From Veleropilina oligotropha (lineage: Eukaryota), in assembly GCA_048128005.1 (NCBI GenBank), contig JBEUKZ010000054.1, forward strand, positions 1,302,001 to 1,366,000: a stretch of 64,000 nt of DNA, given 5' to 3'. Positions 60,901 through 64,000 of the stretch are shown piece by piece. Position numbers and translations under genes: made by a program. How positions within the stretch are numbered: position 1 is the stretch's first letter; each line of letters begins with the position of its first letter. Under the pieces are notes generated by a model, which saw only the letters and a list, made by a program, of their open reading frames with translations, had not been told where the DNA came from and made no database searches.

Positions 60901-61705
60901 CAAAATCCATGATGTAAGTGTTGTCCGGATCATATACCTCGGCTTGTATGTATTTCAGCTTAACGAAACTTGGTATGTTGACTTACCTTGACCTACCCTA
61001 GCGCGTGGCAGCATAATTTTCCATGTGTGATCTTTGACCTTGACATTGTGGCCTTACCCAAAATATAAAATGGAGCTTTTGTCCGGATCATATCTCAGCT
61101 TGTATATATGTTAGCTTAACGAAACTTGGTATGCTAACTTACCTTGATTTACCCTAGTGTGTGGCGATATAATTTTCTGTGTGCGACCTTTGACCTTGCC
61201 CTTGTGAACTTACTCAAAATATAGGCTGAAACTTTTGTCCGGATCATATCTCGGTTTGTATATATATATGTCAGCCTGATGAAATATGGTATGCTAACTC
61301 ACCTTGACCTACCCTAGCGTATGGCAATATAATTCTCCGTGTGCGACATTTGACCTTGCCATTGTGACCTTTGACACAAAATCCAGGATGAAAGTTTTGT
61401 CCGTACAATATATATATCTTGGCTACTATGCATGCAAGCTTGATGAAATTTGGTATGCTAACTCTTGTTGAGCCATCCTAGTGCGCTGCAACATGCACGA
61501 CCTTTGACTTTGGCAAAAAAATCATATTTAGACAATTTTTTATTTCGGAATTTTTAATTATTTTTTCATCCAAACTTTTACATGATAGGCAGCTATCACA
61601 GTATTTAGTCACTTGTACTGGCAATGTCATGATCACAGATTTTATATGCCAGTCTGATTGCTATATAAGGCTGGGGTTCCATATACAGCTCTGTGGCTGT
61701 CTATT
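57965..61705 (+). mobile_element. HINE (Helentron-type) interrupted by a CR1
   Basis: 5' TAACCCCAG..CTGGGGTTA IR, ~150-bp TGACCTT core repeats at 60850-61500, 3' GCTGGGGTT..ACAGC-TCTGTG-GCTGT hairpin + CTATTT. Confidence 0.75.
58119..60846 (+). mobile_element. CR1-type LINE, 5'-truncated within the APE endonuclease; ORF2 has one in-frame TGA (59112-59114)
   Basis: [46 protein letters not shown]; (TCTATTTAA)n-like tail. Confidence 0.95.
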
Positions 61706-61856
61706 TTTCATATAATTCATATAAAGCCTGAATGTCATTATATATTTATGATCTCAACACAACTGTGAGGGTCTTGAGTAAAATTACTCCATTGCACACA
61801 GCATCACTTCATTTCATCATTCAAAGTTGATTGACCCGATTCATAACTAAAAAATT

Positions 61857-64000
61857 GGTCGCTTCGGCAGCGCAGTGGGTAAGAGTGTCCACTCTAAATT
61901 CACTGGCTTGATTCTGCTAATGCGAACAGTAGTGGGTTCAATACCTGGCTGAGGCATTGACATTTGTTACTGAGAAAGAAAGTAAAAAAGAAATCCGAGC
62001 AGCCAAAAAAGCTTTTGAAGAAACGTTAGCAGAAAACATCAAGGAAAACCCCAAATCTTTTTATGCTTATATTAGGTCAAAACAAAAAACAAAAGATGTT
62101 GTAGGTCCCCTGAACGATGAACATGGAAATATAATATCCGATGATGCACAAATCTCAGAATCCCTAAACAAATATTTTGCATCTGTTTATACTATTGAGG
62201 ACACGATAAACATTCCACCGGTAAAACTTATTTATGAAGATCATGAAACATTTTGTGAAAGTATTGAAATTACTACGGAAATGGTTGAAAAAAAGATAAG
62301 CTTACTAAATGTCAGTAAAGCTCCAGGTCCAGACAGCATATATCCCAAATTGCTAAAATTCGGTAAAGATGAATTAGCAAAGCCATTATCCCTGATATTC
62401 AATAAAACTCTACAAGAAGGCAGCTTGCCTGATGACTGGAAGACTGGAAATATTACCCCAATCTTTAAAAAAGGTAGTCGATCAAATACCCAAAATTATC
62501 GACCTGTTAGTCTGACATCAATAGTAGGCAAAATAATGGAATCTATCTTAAAGGATGCTATCTTAAAACACATAAATAAATTTGGCCTTCTAAACCTAAG
62601 TCAGCATGGGTTTATGGAAAAAAGATCTTGTTTAACAAACTTACTGGAATTTTTTGAAGATGTAACAAGTGCAATTGACAATGGCAAACCAGTTGATATC
62701 ATATATCTTGATTTTCAGAAAGCATTCGATAAAGTACCACATAAACGACTATTACAAAAATTAAGTAACCATGGCATTAAAGGCCAAATACTAAATTGGA
62801 TATGTAAGTGGCTAGAAAATAGAAAACAGAGGGTTGTAATAAATGGGATAAAGTCAGAATGGAAACCAGTACTAAGTGGAGTCCCACAAGGTTCTGTGTT
62901 GGGACCATTGTTGTTTCTCATATATTTAAATGATATTGATGACGTCATTACATCTCTAGTAAAAAAGTTTGCAGACGATACCAAGCTGTACAGAATTATC
63001 GAAACAGAAGAAGATGCAAAGAAACTTCAAGGTGATTTAAATAATGTGATAAAATGGTCTGAGGACTGGCAAATGGTTTTCAACACCAGCAAATGTAAAG
63101 TAGTGCATGTGGGTTATAATAACAATACCTATAATTATGAAATGGGTTCAGAAGCTTTACAAGAAGTGGCCAAAGAAAAAGATTTGGGTGTATGGGTAGA
63201 CAAGACATTTAAACCATCAAATCAATGTGCAGAGTCAGCTAAAAAGGGAAATCAAATATTGGGAATGATAAAGAGAAATTTTAATTTTAAATCTAAAGCC
63301 ATCATAACTCGCCTATACAAACAAATGGTTAGACCGCATTTAGAATATGCAGTGCAAGCATGGTGTCCATATCTTGCAAAGGATATCAATATAATAGAAC
63401 AAGTTCAAAGAAGAGCCACAAAATTGATAGGAGAATTGAGAGAATTACCATACGAGGAGAGACTAAGAGCTCTGGACCTCACAACATTATCTTTGAGAAG
63501 GATAAGAGGTGATATGATTCAGGTGTTTAAAATGTTTACAGGAAAAGTCAACGTTGACAATAGTTTCTTTTTTCAGATGAACCAAAGGCATACCCGGGGG
63601 CATCAATACAAGATTTACAAAAAACGATTCCGACTAGACGTTAGAAAACACTTTTTCTCAAATCGGGTTGTCGATGAATGGAATGCTCTTCCTAATAATG
63701 TAGTGGAATCGACATCTGTAAACCAATTTAAAAATCGCCTAGATGAACATTTTAAGAAGAAGGGCAGGTTATAGAGGACAAGACAACTCAATGGGTTTTT
63801 ATATGAGTGGCAGTAATGCGCTTTCTAAACCCAAACAAATTCTATTTAATCTATTTAATCAAGTTATGAATCACAGTTGTCCGCGACTGGCCGAAGAGGG
63901 CGGGTTTACCCGGGCGACCGGGGTTTCCTCCCGCGGAAAACAAGGACATGTCCTGCCTTGAACCGCGATGTTGAAAATATACAGGACATTAAGCATCATT
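61857..64000 (+). mobile_element. SINE family A split by a CR1 (61857-61968 and 63860-64000), adjoining a SINE B fragment (~61788-61850)
   Basis: ...GACATTTGTT|[CR1]|CAAGTTATGAATCAC... rejoins to the intact SINE consensus. Confidence 0.9.
61969..63859 (+). mobile_element. CR1-type LINE, 5'-truncated, uninterrupted RT frame
   Basis: Open RT frame to 63774; tail TCTATTTAATCTATTTAAT. Confidence 0.95.

Noticed and set aside
61957..61968. Start of a 605-aa gene
   Set aside because: The TTG start lies in the host SINE; the frame is a 5'-truncated CR1 ORF2.

Overview
AT-rich, intron-rich animal genomic DNA, probably from a marine invertebrate (inferred from gene structure and transposon repertoire). 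It holds the 3' part of a bubblegum-family long-chain acyl-CoA ligase gene (ACSBG-like; 11 coding exons, 1475-23790, + strand) and the 5' part of a second ACSBG-like gene (up to 5 coding exons, ~46825-57610, + strand, with one GC-AG intron). Introns and intergenic DNA are filled with nested mobile elements: tRNA-derived SINEs, three CR1-type LINE copies, another RT LINE, a near-intact FLYWCH-MULE, hAT-like elements with 5-bp TSDs, an EnSpm-like element, Helentron-type HINEs and MITEs, plus many minisatellites. The most striking signal is that about 11 exon-intron junctions have been tandemly amplified. Each array unit is an exon edge plus its splice site, the arrays always extend into the intron, and the functional copy sits at the exon-side edge. 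Where the arrays differ from the real exon, the differences fall almost only at third codon positions. All exon calls come from manual translation and phase matching; no database search was run.
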